A stretch of 64,000 nt of DNA. Origin: Gammaproteobacteria bacterium (lineage in GTDB: Bacteria; Pseudomonadota; Gammaproteobacteria; Steroidobacterales; Rariloculaceae). A program made the translations under genes and the position numbers. The stretch covers positions 4,922,205 to 4,986,204 of the forward strand of contig OY761822.1 of the NCBI GenBank assembly GCA_963664945.1, given 5' to 3'. Numbering within the stretch: the first letter of the stretch is position 1; each line of letters starts with the position of its first letter. The notes beneath the pieces were generated by a model, which saw nothing but the letters and a program-made list of their open reading frames with translations, had not been told where the DNA came from and made no database searches. This document shows positions 1 through 8,670 of this stretch, in pieces.

Positions 1-246
1 CGTGGAAATGAACTTGCTCTCCGTGCCGATTGTCAGCCACCGTGCCACGAAGTCCTCATGGCTCATGCCGACGCCATCGTCTCGAAGAACGAACAGATTA
101 TCCGAGCGGTAGTAGTCGATCTCGACACGATCGGCGTAGGCATCGTGCGCGTTCTTGAACAACTCGCTGATAGCCGTGGGAATTCCGGCGATCTGCTGCC
201 TCCCGAGCATGTCGAGCGTGCGGGCGCGGGTCTTGAAGGTCGCCAT
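1..246 (-). CDS. GHKL/HATPase_c ATPase (paraMORC-like or histidine-kinase fusion), N-terminal part; runs off the window
   Basis: Not in the ORF track. Manual translation from the ATG at 246 (TGATG overlap with the dcm stop) gives MATFKTRARTLDMLGRQQIAGIPTAISELFKNAHDAYADRVEIDY...LRDDGVGMS, with the GHKL ExxxNxxDA and DDGxGM motifs. Confidence 0.85.
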   Translation of the reverse strand, partial: MATFKTRARTLDMLGRQQIAGIPTAISELFKNAHDAYADRVEIDYYRSDNLFVLRDDGVGMSHEDFVARWLTIGTESKFIST

Positions 247-1307
247 CAGGACAGCCTCCCCACATCCTCCAGGTGCTCGATGAATCGCTGGCCAATCAGT
301 GTCGCCAAACGGACTGGAACTGCGTTTCCAATCTGCTTGGCGATCGATGTCATGCTCCCCTCAAATACGAAATCGTCCGGGAACGTCTGCAAACAAGCAG
401 CCTCTCGAATACTGATGGCGCGGTCCTGTTCAGGATGACCAAAGCGCCCGTTCGAGTAGCTTATGCACCGGGTCGTCAGCCCAGACGCGGGAGCGTCCCA
501 GGACATCCGGCCATAGACATCGGTATAACCCGAAAAATCCTTATGGCACTCAAGCCTGAGGTGGTCCGGCCAGTCGCAGTGACCGCCGCCTTCCGGGGTC
601 GCCTTGACGCGCTCCAGATTGCGTTCAGAAAGATTCGCCGCTACGTGATTCGGCACCTCTCCATGCTCCTCGCCCGCTCGAATTGGAGGAAGATGGGAAA
701 TCCAATCCCGGACGGTAGTGTATTGCTCGTTTGGCGTTCCCAGCCCGTTCGTCTCATCCGGTAGATAGACCGCGCCATGACGGCTCGCTACCAGGACGAG
801 CCGGCGCCTGCTTTGCGGTATGCCGTACTTGGACAGTCGGACAGCGCGATGGTCCACGCTGTAACCTGCCGAGTCGAGTCGGCTCAGAAAACCGCCGAAG
901 GGTTCACTGTCGCTATCCAGCTTCTGAAGCCCTGGCACGTTCTCCACGAAAACAAGATCAGGTCGGCAACCCTCCACAAAACTTGCGAAGTGGGCAAGCA
1001 ACGGTACGCGCTCATCGTGATCCAACTCCGGCCGCTGCGTGTTCTGCTTGGTAAAGGGCTGACAGGGTGCACAACCGGTGAACACCACGGGATTCGGTCG
1101 TTCCGACTCCATCCTGCACCGGACTGCGTCGACACTCGCAACCCGGATGTCCGCAGACTCGAAGTAGGCGTCGGGGAAGTTGGCTTCGAAGCTCGCCTTG
1201 GCGTCCGCATCGTGGTCCAGGGCAAACGAAATTTCCATGCCGGCGGCGCGAAAACCGCAGCTTGCGCCGCCACAACCGGAGAAAAAATCGTATACCCGAA
1301 CCGTCAC
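246..1307 (-). CDS. dcm: DNA (cytosine-5)-methyltransferase
   Basis: Motifs FSGCGG (I), APCQPF (IV), ENV (VI), QSRRR (VIII), REAACLQTFP and IGNAVP (IX-X). The GTG start at 1307 overlaps the vsr stop (GTGA). Confidence 0.93.
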   Translation of the reverse strand: MTVRVYDFFSGCGGASCGFRAAGMEISFALDHDADAKASFEANFPDAYFESADIRVASVDAVRCRMESERPNPVVFTGCAPCQPFTKQNTQRPELDHDERVPLLAHFASFVEGCRPDLVFVENVPGLQKLDSDSEPFGGFLSRLDSAGYSVDHRAVRLSKYGIPQSRRRLVLVASRHGAVYLPDETNGLGTPNEQYTTVRDWISHLPPIRAGEEHGEVPNHVAANLSERNLERVKATPEGGGHCDWPDHLRLECHKDFSGYTDVYGRMSWDAPASGLTTRCISYSNGRFGHPEQDRAISIREAACLQTFPDDFVFEGSMTSIAKQIGNAVPVRLATLIGQRFIEHLEDVGRLS

Positions 1308-1771
1308 CGCGTCACCATGACGGCTTGTGTTCGATGATTCAAACCATCCCCCACGGCCCAATTGCGTTTGGTTAGCGAAGCCAACCTGCGTTCTACTGCT
1401 GATTCGTCCTTCGTTTCACACTGCCAGACTATGAGGACCCGCCAACCGAGTGCTTTCAAGGCGGCTTCTTGGCGCGCATCGCGATCAACGTTGGCCGCGA
1501 ACTTTTCAATCCAGAAGCTGGTCCTGGACTTGGGGGTGGAGCTTTTCCGGCATCCGTTGTGTCGATGCCAAAAGCACCCATGCACGAACACGACCAGTCG
1601 ATGCTTCGGAAACACCAAATCAGGACGCCCAGGCAAATCACTTCGGTGCAGTCGAAATCGCAGTCCCATTCTGTGCGCAATCCTGCGGACTGCCAATTCC
1701 GGGGCCGTGTCGCGACCGCGAATCCGAGCCATCATCTCGCGTCGCCGCTTGGTATCCACGATGTCGGTCAT
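1304..1771 (-). CDS. vsr: very short patch repair endonuclease
   Basis: MTDIV..RREMMARIRGRDTAPE, LPGRPDLVF, FVHGCFWH, GWRVLIVWQC. Confidence 0.95.
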   Translation of the reverse strand: MTDIVDTKRRREMMARIRGRDTAPELAVRRIAHRMGLRFRLHRSDLPGRPDLVFPKHRLVVFVHGCFWHRHNGCRKSSTPKSRTSFWIEKFAANVDRDARQEAALKALGWRVLIVWQCETKDESAVERRLASLTKRNWAVGDGLNHRTQAVMVTR

Positions 1772-2076
1772 GAGGCGTCTCCGACCAAGCAGGACACAAG
1801 GGAGGCACAGAGTTCCGCAATCTGAACAGCCGCTGCATCAGCCGTCTCGGCAACGCTGCGCACGCTGGCTGTGAGTTTACCGTAACGATGTTGTAACTCG
1901 ATGGGTGGTATCGGAACGGGAAAGCTGCTTAGCTGGGCTTTGTTGATGCTCGCGATACCCGTCGTTCTCTTGGCAACCGAAAGAAAATATGCTTTTCCGT
2001 ATGCGCTACCCACAAGGTCGCGGAGACAGTCAGTCAATACAAATCTACAATTGGGCCGAACTCGAAAGACATGATT
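1768..2076 (-). pseudogene. hsdS: C-terminal remnant of a type I restriction-modification specificity subunit
   Basis: In-frame NHVFRVRP...AKRTTGIASINKAQLSSFPVPIPPIELQ (HsdS conserved region), preceded by an in-frame TAG at 2077-2079. The 5' part is missing and the stop overlaps the vsr ATG. Confidence 0.75.
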
Positions 2077-2082
2077 CTATCG

Positions 2083-2127
2083 AGCGGGCCAAAACGGATG
2101 ATCGAGCATCGTTAGCGGGAATTGCTG
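2083..2127. mobile_element. single end of the MITE family found complete at 28773-28893
   Basis: TTAGCGGGAATTGCTG at 2112-2127 is identical to the MITE terminal repeat, and the preceding ~25 bp resemble the MITE subterminal sequence. Confidence 0.7.
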
Positions 2128-2208
2128 GGCGTGACCGCCGCAGGTTGAGCATTCATCCGCCGATGCGTATGCTGCCGGGTCCCCGAGAACTGGCTCAAGA
2201 GGCCTCGC

Positions 2209-3195
2209 GTGGCTGACCACAAGCGAATTTTCTTCATCTTCCCCGGACAGGGTTCCCAGTATCGCGGCATGGGCTCAGACCTGGTGGAGGAGTTCGACCG
2301 GGCCGGCGAAATCTTCGACCGGGCCAGCGAGGTCGCCGGTTACGACATGGCGGAACTCTGCTTCGAGGACCCGCATCAGCGGTTGGATCGCACCCGCTAT
2401 ACCCAGCCCGCGATCCTGACCCACGAAGTGGCCTGCCTGCAGGCGTTCTGGAGCCTCGCTCCCGATATCCGCCCGGCAATGACAGCCGGACACAGCCTGG
2501 GTGAATACACGGCGCTGGTCACGGGCGGGGCGCTGAGTTTCGAGGACGCATTGCGCCTGGTGATTCGCCGGGCCGAGTTGATGAGCGAATTCGGCCAGGG
2601 CGGAATGCTGGCCACGGCACTGGATCTCGGCTCCGCGCGAGCGCTGGCGGACCGGCATTTCTGCGGCATCGGCGGGTGCAATCTGCCGGAACAGACCGTG
2701 GTCGCCGGCAGCGACAAGGATCTCGACCGGCTGGCAGCGGATCTGGCAGCCAACTACCCGCGCAAACGGGCCGTGCGGCTCAAGACCGAAGGCGCCTTCC
2801 ATACCTACCTGATGGTGGACGCGGCGCGGCGCTACCGGGAAGTTCTGGAGGCCGTCACTTTCGAGCCCCTCTCCATTGGTGTCTACGCCAACTACACCGG
2901 CGACCTGCACGAAACCGACGAAGACGCCATCCGATCGCGGCTTTTCTTCCAGCTCTTCCATCCGGTCCGCTGGCGGGCGTGCATGGAAGCGGCGCTCGCT
3001 GAGGGCGTGGACACCATTGTCGAACTTGGAGGCGGCATCGGACGGGGCGACGGGCCTGCGGGGAAGCGGCCCAACCTGGAGTCGGTCGTCAGGAAGACGC
3101 TCCGGACCCAGGGCAGGGAAGCGGAATACTTCGGGGCAATCAACACGGCAGGCATTCACGCAGCAACCCAGGCACTGCGGGCGGCAGCCGGCTAG
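2209..3195 (+). CDS. fabD: malonyl-CoA:ACP transacylase-like acyltransferase
   Basis: FPGQGSQ, TQPA, GHSLGEY catalytic Ser, conserved Arg (RRAELM), GAFH, PVRW. Confidence 0.88.
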   Translation: MADHKRIFFIFPGQGSQYRGMGSDLVEEFDRAGEIFDRASEVAGYDMAELCFEDPHQRLDRTRYTQPAILTHEVACLQAFWSLAPDIRPAMTAGHSLGEYTALVTGGALSFEDALRLVIRRAELMSEFGQGGMLATALDLGSARALADRHFCGIGGCNLPEQTVVAGSDKDLDRLAADLAANYPRKRAVRLKTEGAFHTYLMVDAARRYREVLEAVTFEPLSIGVYANYTGDLHETDEDAIRSRLFFQLFHPVRWRACMEAALAEGVDTIVELGGGIGRGDGPAGKRPNLESVVRKTLRTQGREAEYFGAINTAGIHAATQALRAAAG

Positions 3196-3274
3196 TCGAA
3201 CGCGACCGGAGCCGGAGCCGGATTTCAGCAAACCACGCGGCCAATCGGCCTCTTGGGCAACGGTCAATCACACG

Positions 3275-4069
3275 ATGGCAGCAGCAAGACAGAAAGCGAC
3301 CAATGTCACCTGGGAGGAAGGTCTGGTCACGCGGGACGACCGCTACCAGATTCTGCGCCAGAAGGGTGCGACGATTTGGTTCACGGGCCTCTCCGGCAGC
3401 GGCAAGAGCACCATCGCGGTTGCCCTGGAACGCGAACTGTTCAAGAAGGGCAAGCTGTCGTACCGGCTCGACGGCGACAACGTGCGCCTCGGAATCAACA
3501 AGAACCTCGGTTTCTCCGAAGCGGACCGCAAGGAAAACATTCGCCGCATCGGAGAGGTCGCGAAACTGTTCGGCGATGCCGGCACGATATCGCTTTCGAG
3601 CTTCATCAGCCCCTACGCGGCCGACCGGGATGAAGTTCGCCGGCTTCACGAGAACGCCGACCTGCGGTTCGTCGAGGTGTTCGTGGACTGCCCGCTGAGC
3701 GAGGCCGAGCGGCGGGACCCGAAAGGACTGTACAAGCGCGCCCGCGCGGGCGAGATCAAGAACTTCACGGGAATCGACGATCCCTACGAGAAGCCCGTCA
3801 ACCCGGAAATTCATCTCCGCACCGACCAGGTCACCGTGGAAGAGGAGGTGTCGGCCATCATCGACTACCTGGAGCGGCACGGAATCATCGATATAGTCCA
3901 ACCCGCGGGGTCCGCCGGACCGGTCGAACACGGAGCCACGACAGGAGATTCGAAACGCGATGCCGTGGGCGGTGACCCGGAACATGGCGCCGCGGAGGAT
4001 GGCGCGCCGCCGGTGCGGCACGCCATTCCCGCAAGGCGACGCCGCGACGCCGAGGGTGGCGACCGGTGA
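3275..4069 (+). CDS. cysC: adenylyl-sulfate (APS) kinase
   Basis: WFTGLSGSGKST, LDGDNVR, DRKENIRR, RDPKGLY, FTGIDDPYE. Start set at ATG 3275; low-complexity C-terminal tail. Confidence 0.93.
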   Translation: MAAARQKATNVTWEEGLVTRDDRYQILRQKGATIWFTGLSGSGKSTIAVALERELFKKGKLSYRLDGDNVRLGINKNLGFSEADRKENIRRIGEVAKLFGDAGTISLSSFISPYAADRDEVRRLHENADLRFVEVFVDCPLSEAERRDPKGLYKRARAGEIKNFTGIDDPYEKPVNPEIHLRTDQVTVEEEVSAIIDYLERHGIIDIVQPAGSAGPVEHGATTGDSKRDAVGGDPEHGAAEDGAPPVRHAIPARRRRDAEGGDR

Positions 4070-5244
4070 TCAGGCCCCACGGGGCCGACGCCCTGAATCC
4101 CCTGTACGTTGCCGACGACCGGCATCGGGCCGAATTGTTGGCGGAGGCCGAATCGCTGCCGTCGCTGACCCTGAACTCGGCGGCGGCCGCCAACGCCGTC
4201 ATGCTGGGCGGCGGTTATTTCACGCCGCTGGACGGTTTCATGAATCTGGCCGACGCTCTGGGCGTCGCCGAAACGATGCATACCACCGCAGGACTCTTCT
4301 GGCCGGTGCCGGTCCTGAACCTGTGCGCCGACGCCAGCAGCATTGGCGCGGCGCGCCGCATTGCCCTTCGCGACCCCAACATGCCCGGCCACCCGGTGCT
4401 TGCGGTGATGGAGGTGACGAGCATCGAAGCCGCGGGCAATGAACAACTGGACGCCATCGTCCGGGCCGTCTTCGGCACTGACGACAGCGACCACCCGGGA
4501 GTCGCCGCGTTCCGCGGTCTCGGCCGCCACTGCTTGGCGGGGCCGGTCGACGTCCTCAACTTCAGCTATTTCGAACGGGATTTTCCGGATACGTTTCGCA
4601 CGGCCACCGATATCCGCGCGGAGATCGGCCGGCTGGGCTGGCGCACGACCGTCGCGTTCCAGACCCGCAACCCCATGCACCTGGCGCACGAGACGCTGTG
4701 CCGGATGGCCATGGAGCGTCTGGACGCCGACGGCCTCGTGATCCACATGTTGCTGGGCAGGCTGAAACCCGGGGACATTCCGGGCGACGTTCGCGATGCC
4801 TGCATTCGCAGGATGGCGGAAATCTATTTCCCCGCCGATACCGTGTTGGTAACGGGCTACGGCTTCGACATGCTCTACGCGGGTCCCCGCGAAGCCCTGC
4901 TGCACGCCCTCTTCCGGCAGAACATGGGCGCAACGCATCTCATCGTGGGACGCGACCATGCCGGCCTCGGCGACTACTACGGTCCGTTCGATGCCCAGAC
5001 GATTTTCGACGAGATTCCCCCGGATGCGCTGGAAATCGGCATCTTCGCCGCCGACCATGCAGCCTGGTCGACAAAACTCGAGCGGGTGGTGATGATGCGC
5101 GACGCGCCCGATCATGGGCCCGACGACTACCTCGTTCTTTCGGGGACCAGGCTCCGGGAACTGCTGCGCCAGGGCATGCACCCGCCGCCGGAAATCACGC
5201 GGCCCGAAGTGGCCGACATCCTCATGAAGCACTACCGCAAGTAA
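4066..5244 (+). CDS. sat: sulfate adenylyltransferase (homo-oligomeric Sat type)
   Basis: PHG N-terminus, FTPLDGFM, AFQTRNPMHLAHE, YAGPREA, IVGRDHAG, LSGTRLR. Confidence 0.95.
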   Translation: MIRPHGADALNPLYVADDRHRAELLAEAESLPSLTLNSAAAANAVMLGGGYFTPLDGFMNLADALGVAETMHTTAGLFWPVPVLNLCADASSIGAARRIALRDPNMPGHPVLAVMEVTSIEAAGNEQLDAIVRAVFGTDDSDHPGVAAFRGLGRHCLAGPVDVLNFSYFERDFPDTFRTATDIRAEIGRLGWRTTVAFQTRNPMHLAHETLCRMAMERLDADGLVIHMLLGRLKPGDIPGDVRDACIRRMAEIYFPADTVLVTGYGFDMLYAGPREALLHALFRQNMGATHLIVGRDHAGLGDYYGPFDAQTIFDEIPPDALEIGIFAADHAAWSTKLERVVMMRDAPDHGPDDYLVLSGTRLRELLRQGMHPPPEITRPEVADILMKHYRK

Positions 5245-5250
5245 GCACCC

Positions 5251-6087
5251 ATGAAACTCTGCAGCTATCGTCATCGCGGAGAAGCCTCGTACGGGGTCTT
5301 CACCGATTCGGGCATTATCGACTTGGGCCGCCGCCTGGGCGCGACCTGGCCCACCCTGGTCCGGTTGCTCCGGCAAGACGGCCTTGGCGCGGCCCGCGAA
5401 GCGGCTGCCGGCCGTGCGCCGGATACGGGTCTGGAAAACGTTGAGTTCCTGCCGCTCACATTGGAACCCGTCAACGTCATCTGCCAGGGGCTGAACTACA
5501 GAAGGCACCTGGAGGAACTGGGGCGCAGCCCCGCCCCTTACCCGGGCGGTTTTCTGAGAACCCGCCAGTCGCTGGTCGGTCACCTGCAGCCGCTGGAAAT
5601 GCCGGTCATTTCCAGCTATTTCGACTTCGAGGGCGAGTACGGCATTGTCATCGGCAGGCGCTGCCACCGGGTGAGCCGCGAACAAGCCGTGGATCATGTC
5701 GCCGGATACACGATCCTGATGGACGGGTCGGTTCGCGACTTCCAGCGCCGCAACCTCTTTCAGGGCAAGAACTTCTGGCGGTCCGGGGCGCTCGGCCCCT
5801 GCATGGTCACCCGCGACGCGGCCCCCCGATGGCCCGAGACGCGCCTGGAAACCCGCCTCAACGGGAGGGCCATGCAGTCCGCAACGGTTGACGAACTGAT
5901 TCACGACGTACCGTCGCTGGTCTCGTATTTCTCCCAGTTCATCGAGATGCAGCCCGGCGACGTCATCGCCACCGGCACGTCAGGCGGCGTCGGGCACAGC
6001 CGCGATCCGGAAGTCTACATGCGGCCCGGCGATGTGATAGAAGTCGAGATCAGCGGGATCGGAACCCTCCGCAACACGGTTCGGTAG
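5251..6087 (+). CDS. fumarylacetoacetate hydrolase family protein
   Basis: GLNY, DFEGE, DGSVRDFQ, GKNF, GP, PGDVIATGT. Confidence 0.9.
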   Translation: MKLCSYRHRGEASYGVFTDSGIIDLGRRLGATWPTLVRLLRQDGLGAAREAAAGRAPDTGLENVEFLPLTLEPVNVICQGLNYRRHLEELGRSPAPYPGGFLRTRQSLVGHLQPLEMPVISSYFDFEGEYGIVIGRRCHRVSREQAVDHVAGYTILMDGSVRDFQRRNLFQGKNFWRSGALGPCMVTRDAAPRWPETRLETRLNGRAMQSATVDELIHDVPSLVSYFSQFIEMQPGDVIATGTSGGVGHSRDPEVYMRPGDVIEVEISGIGTLRNTVR

Positions 6088-6232
6088 GGACGGATCGCGG
6101 ACGGTCCGCCGCGGTTCGGAGCGCCGCGCCGCCCGCCGCCGCTCCCAATCGCGTCGCGTGGACTGTCCGCCGTGTCGAGATGGACTATCCCCCCGAAATA
6201 CCGACGGGGTGGGCGCGCACGCGGCGCCCGGA

Positions 6233-7726
6233 TCAGCGCCGCGTCATGCTTTCGGCACGGGCACGGTTCAGTCCCGTGAGGGACCGCTCGCGTCCGACGG
6301 CATTGCGAAGCGAAAGCTCGTAGTACTCCACGGCCTTCTGCCGGTCGCCGACCGCCAGGTATGTGTCCGCCAGCAGCTCGGCCATCGGCTGCACGGGCAC
6401 CGCCGGACCGTAGTCGACGGGCAATCCGCTCTCGAGGTCCGTCGCCTGCCGGATCAGCGCCAGCGCCCGGTCGGCATTGCCTGCGGCAAACTCGATCTGA
6501 CCCGCAAGCGCCAGGCGCAGCAGGTGGGGCGATGCGGCCCTGTCGTCGTTCCCGGCCACCGGTTCCTCCCCGCCCATGGACGCAAGCGAAGCCCTGGCGC
6601 CATCCAGGTCGCCCCGGTTGAGCGCGACGAGTCCCCGGACGTAATGGTCGGTGGCGACATGGAACGGGCTGAGCCCCGTGAGATCGATCTCCTGATTGGC
6701 GTAGTGGCTGTCCCATTCCAGCGTGTCGACGACGTATGACGCCCGCGCGGTCACGTAGTTGCCGCGGGGAACAGGGCTGTCGTTGCCGTAACGCTCCACC
6801 TGCTCCTCGATCAGCGCCAGCCGCTCCCGGGCGCGCTCCCGCTCTCCCTGCTGGGTCAGGCTGTAGATCAGCCACGTCAGGGCATGGTAGCCCTGGTTGT
6901 CGAACAGATCGTCCGGGTTCGCCTGCCGGGCTCTGGATTCCTCGAACGAGCGAATGTTGCGGTCGGTGCCCTCTTCCCACATGCCCAGGGCAAAGTAGAT
7001 GTGCGAACCCATGTGCAGGGCGTGCACCGCAGAAGGCGCAACGCGGATGTAGTCGCGGGCCATCCTCAGCCCCAGCGGCGCGTGGACCGGATCGTCGTAA
7101 CTGTGAATCGCGTAGTGCAGCGCGCCGGGGTGCAGGGGGTTCTCCTCCAGGATTTCTTCGGCGATGGCGCCTGCCCGCATGTAATTGGCGTAGTCGCGTC
7201 CGTTGGACACCACGAGAATGGACAGTGCGTAGAATGCCGCCGCGTCCAGGTCGTCGGGATACTTCTCGTGCAGCGCCCTGAGGGCCTCGGAATAGGCGAG
7301 GTTCCGCTCGTCCTGGGCGCCATCGCCGAACAGGATCTCGATGCTCGCCAGGTAGTCCTTCTCCCGCTGGGTCCGCATGCGCGCCGCCCGCGCCTCCGGC
7401 GTGGGACCCAGCCGCTCCAGAACGGCCCGGGACTGCGCAAGATCGTACCGGCGCCAGAACATGTGTTCCCAGGTCAGCGCTTCGCCCCAATAGGCCATGC
7501 CGAAATCCGGATCGATGGCCAACGCCTCCTGGAACGAGGCGCGCGCGTCGGGGTACTCGAAATTGTGAAGCTGCAAGAGCCCCCGCAGGAATGCCGGCTG
7601 GGCTTCGGCGGCGCCGGTCGCTTCGAATTCCGTCATCCCGTAGTTCTGCTGCGCCTGCCCGCCCAGCGAGAGAAAAAACAGCGAAATCACGATTCCAAAA
7701 AATCGAACAGCCTTGATCAGTGTCAT
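6233..7726 (-). CDS. secreted tetratricopeptide-repeat protein
   Basis: ATG 7726 with a GGAGG RBS and a signal peptide. TPR-like repeats (FQEALAIDPDFGMAYWG, HPGALHYAIH, HALHMGSHIY). The upstream extension in the ORF track is spurious. Confidence 0.8.
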   Translation of the reverse strand: MTLIKAVRFFGIVISLFFLSLGGQAQQNYGMTEFEATGAAEAQPAFLRGLLQLHNFEYPDARASFQEALAIDPDFGMAYWGEALTWEHMFWRRYDLAQSRAVLERLGPTPEARAARMRTQREKDYLASIEILFGDGAQDERNLAYSEALRALHEKYPDDLDAAAFYALSILVVSNGRDYANYMRAGAIAEEILEENPLHPGALHYAIHSYDDPVHAPLGLRMARDYIRVAPSAVHALHMGSHIYFALGMWEEGTDRNIRSFEESRARQANPDDLFDNQGYHALTWLIYSLTQQGERERARERLALIEEQVERYGNDSPVPRGNYVTARASYVVDTLEWDSHYANQEIDLTGLSPFHVATDHYVRGLVALNRGDLDGARASLASMGGEEPVAGNDDRAASPHLLRLALAGQIEFAAGNADRALALIRQATDLESGLPVDYGPAVPVQPMAELLADTYLAVGDRQKAVEYYELSLRNAVGRERSLTGLNRARAESMTRR

Positions 7727-7969
7727 TTGAACCTCCTTCGAATCGCCTTCAGCCCAGGCGCGGCTTGATTCTCCACCAGCCCTTCCATGGAACAACCCGG
7801 AAAACGCATGTCCTCGCCTCTTGTTCCCTCGCTTCCGCTGGCGGGCGGCGCCGGACTCGCTACTTGCATCGCGCTCCCCGCCCGCAGCAACAAGGATAGC
7901 TGACGATTCCCGTCTTGACCACGAGTAGGCGGAGCGTGCTAGTGTACGTCGCGTTTTCGGAGGGATCGA

Positions 7970-8602
7970 ATGGCAAGAAACGACATAGTTACGGACGTAC
8001 GCAAGCAGAAGGAACTCAACGCCGGGGTGACGACGCTTCGCATGAGCGAAGTCGTCATCTATACCAAACAGTTCCAGACCATGATCGACTGGTACGAGAT
8101 CTTTCTGGGCCAGGGTCCCACGGTCCTGACCCGGGACTCCGGCGCCATCGCTTGGGAAGGCAACAAGGGGGTCGCGTTTTTCCGCGTGTACGCCGATTTT
8201 CCGTGGACCGAAGTGTTCGGCATTTTCGAGTTTCCGGACATGAACACATCGCAACGCGACGCGGTCGGCGAACAGGGGCCCGGCATTCACCACTTCCAGT
8301 TCCGCATTCCCGTCTTCGACGACCTGGTCACGAAGTACGAGCGGATGAGCCAATGCGGGATCGAACCCCTGCAGGTTTTCAACCATGGACCCGGAACGAG
8401 CATGTACTACCGGGACCCCGATCAGAACATCGCGGAACTGTCCGCGCCCAATTTCGACAACCAGGAAGACTACCTGGCGTATTTCCAGACCGAGGCGTAC
8501 CAGCGCAATTTCGACGGTGTGCGCGTCGACGACATGGGCGAATTGGCGCGCAAGTTCCGTAGCGGAGTACCCAGGGAAGATCTGGTCCGGATCGAGATCT
8601 GA
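7970..8602 (+). CDS. VOC/glyoxalase superfamily protein
   Basis: GIHHFQF, NHGPGTSMYYRDPDQNIAEL; RBS GGAGG. Confidence 0.85.
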   Translation: MARNDIVTDVRKQKELNAGVTTLRMSEVVIYTKQFQTMIDWYEIFLGQGPTVLTRDSGAIAWEGNKGVAFFRVYADFPWTEVFGIFEFPDMNTSQRDAVGEQGPGIHHFQFRIPVFDDLVTKYERMSQCGIEPLQVFNHGPGTSMYYRDPDQNIAELSAPNFDNQEDYLAYFQTEAYQRNFDGVRVDDMGELARKFRSGVPREDLVRIEI

Positions 8603-8670
8603 CGCAGCACCTACAAGGTATAGTCCCTCGTGAGAACGACAAACCCTCAAGGGCACAGGCGGAGAGCAAC

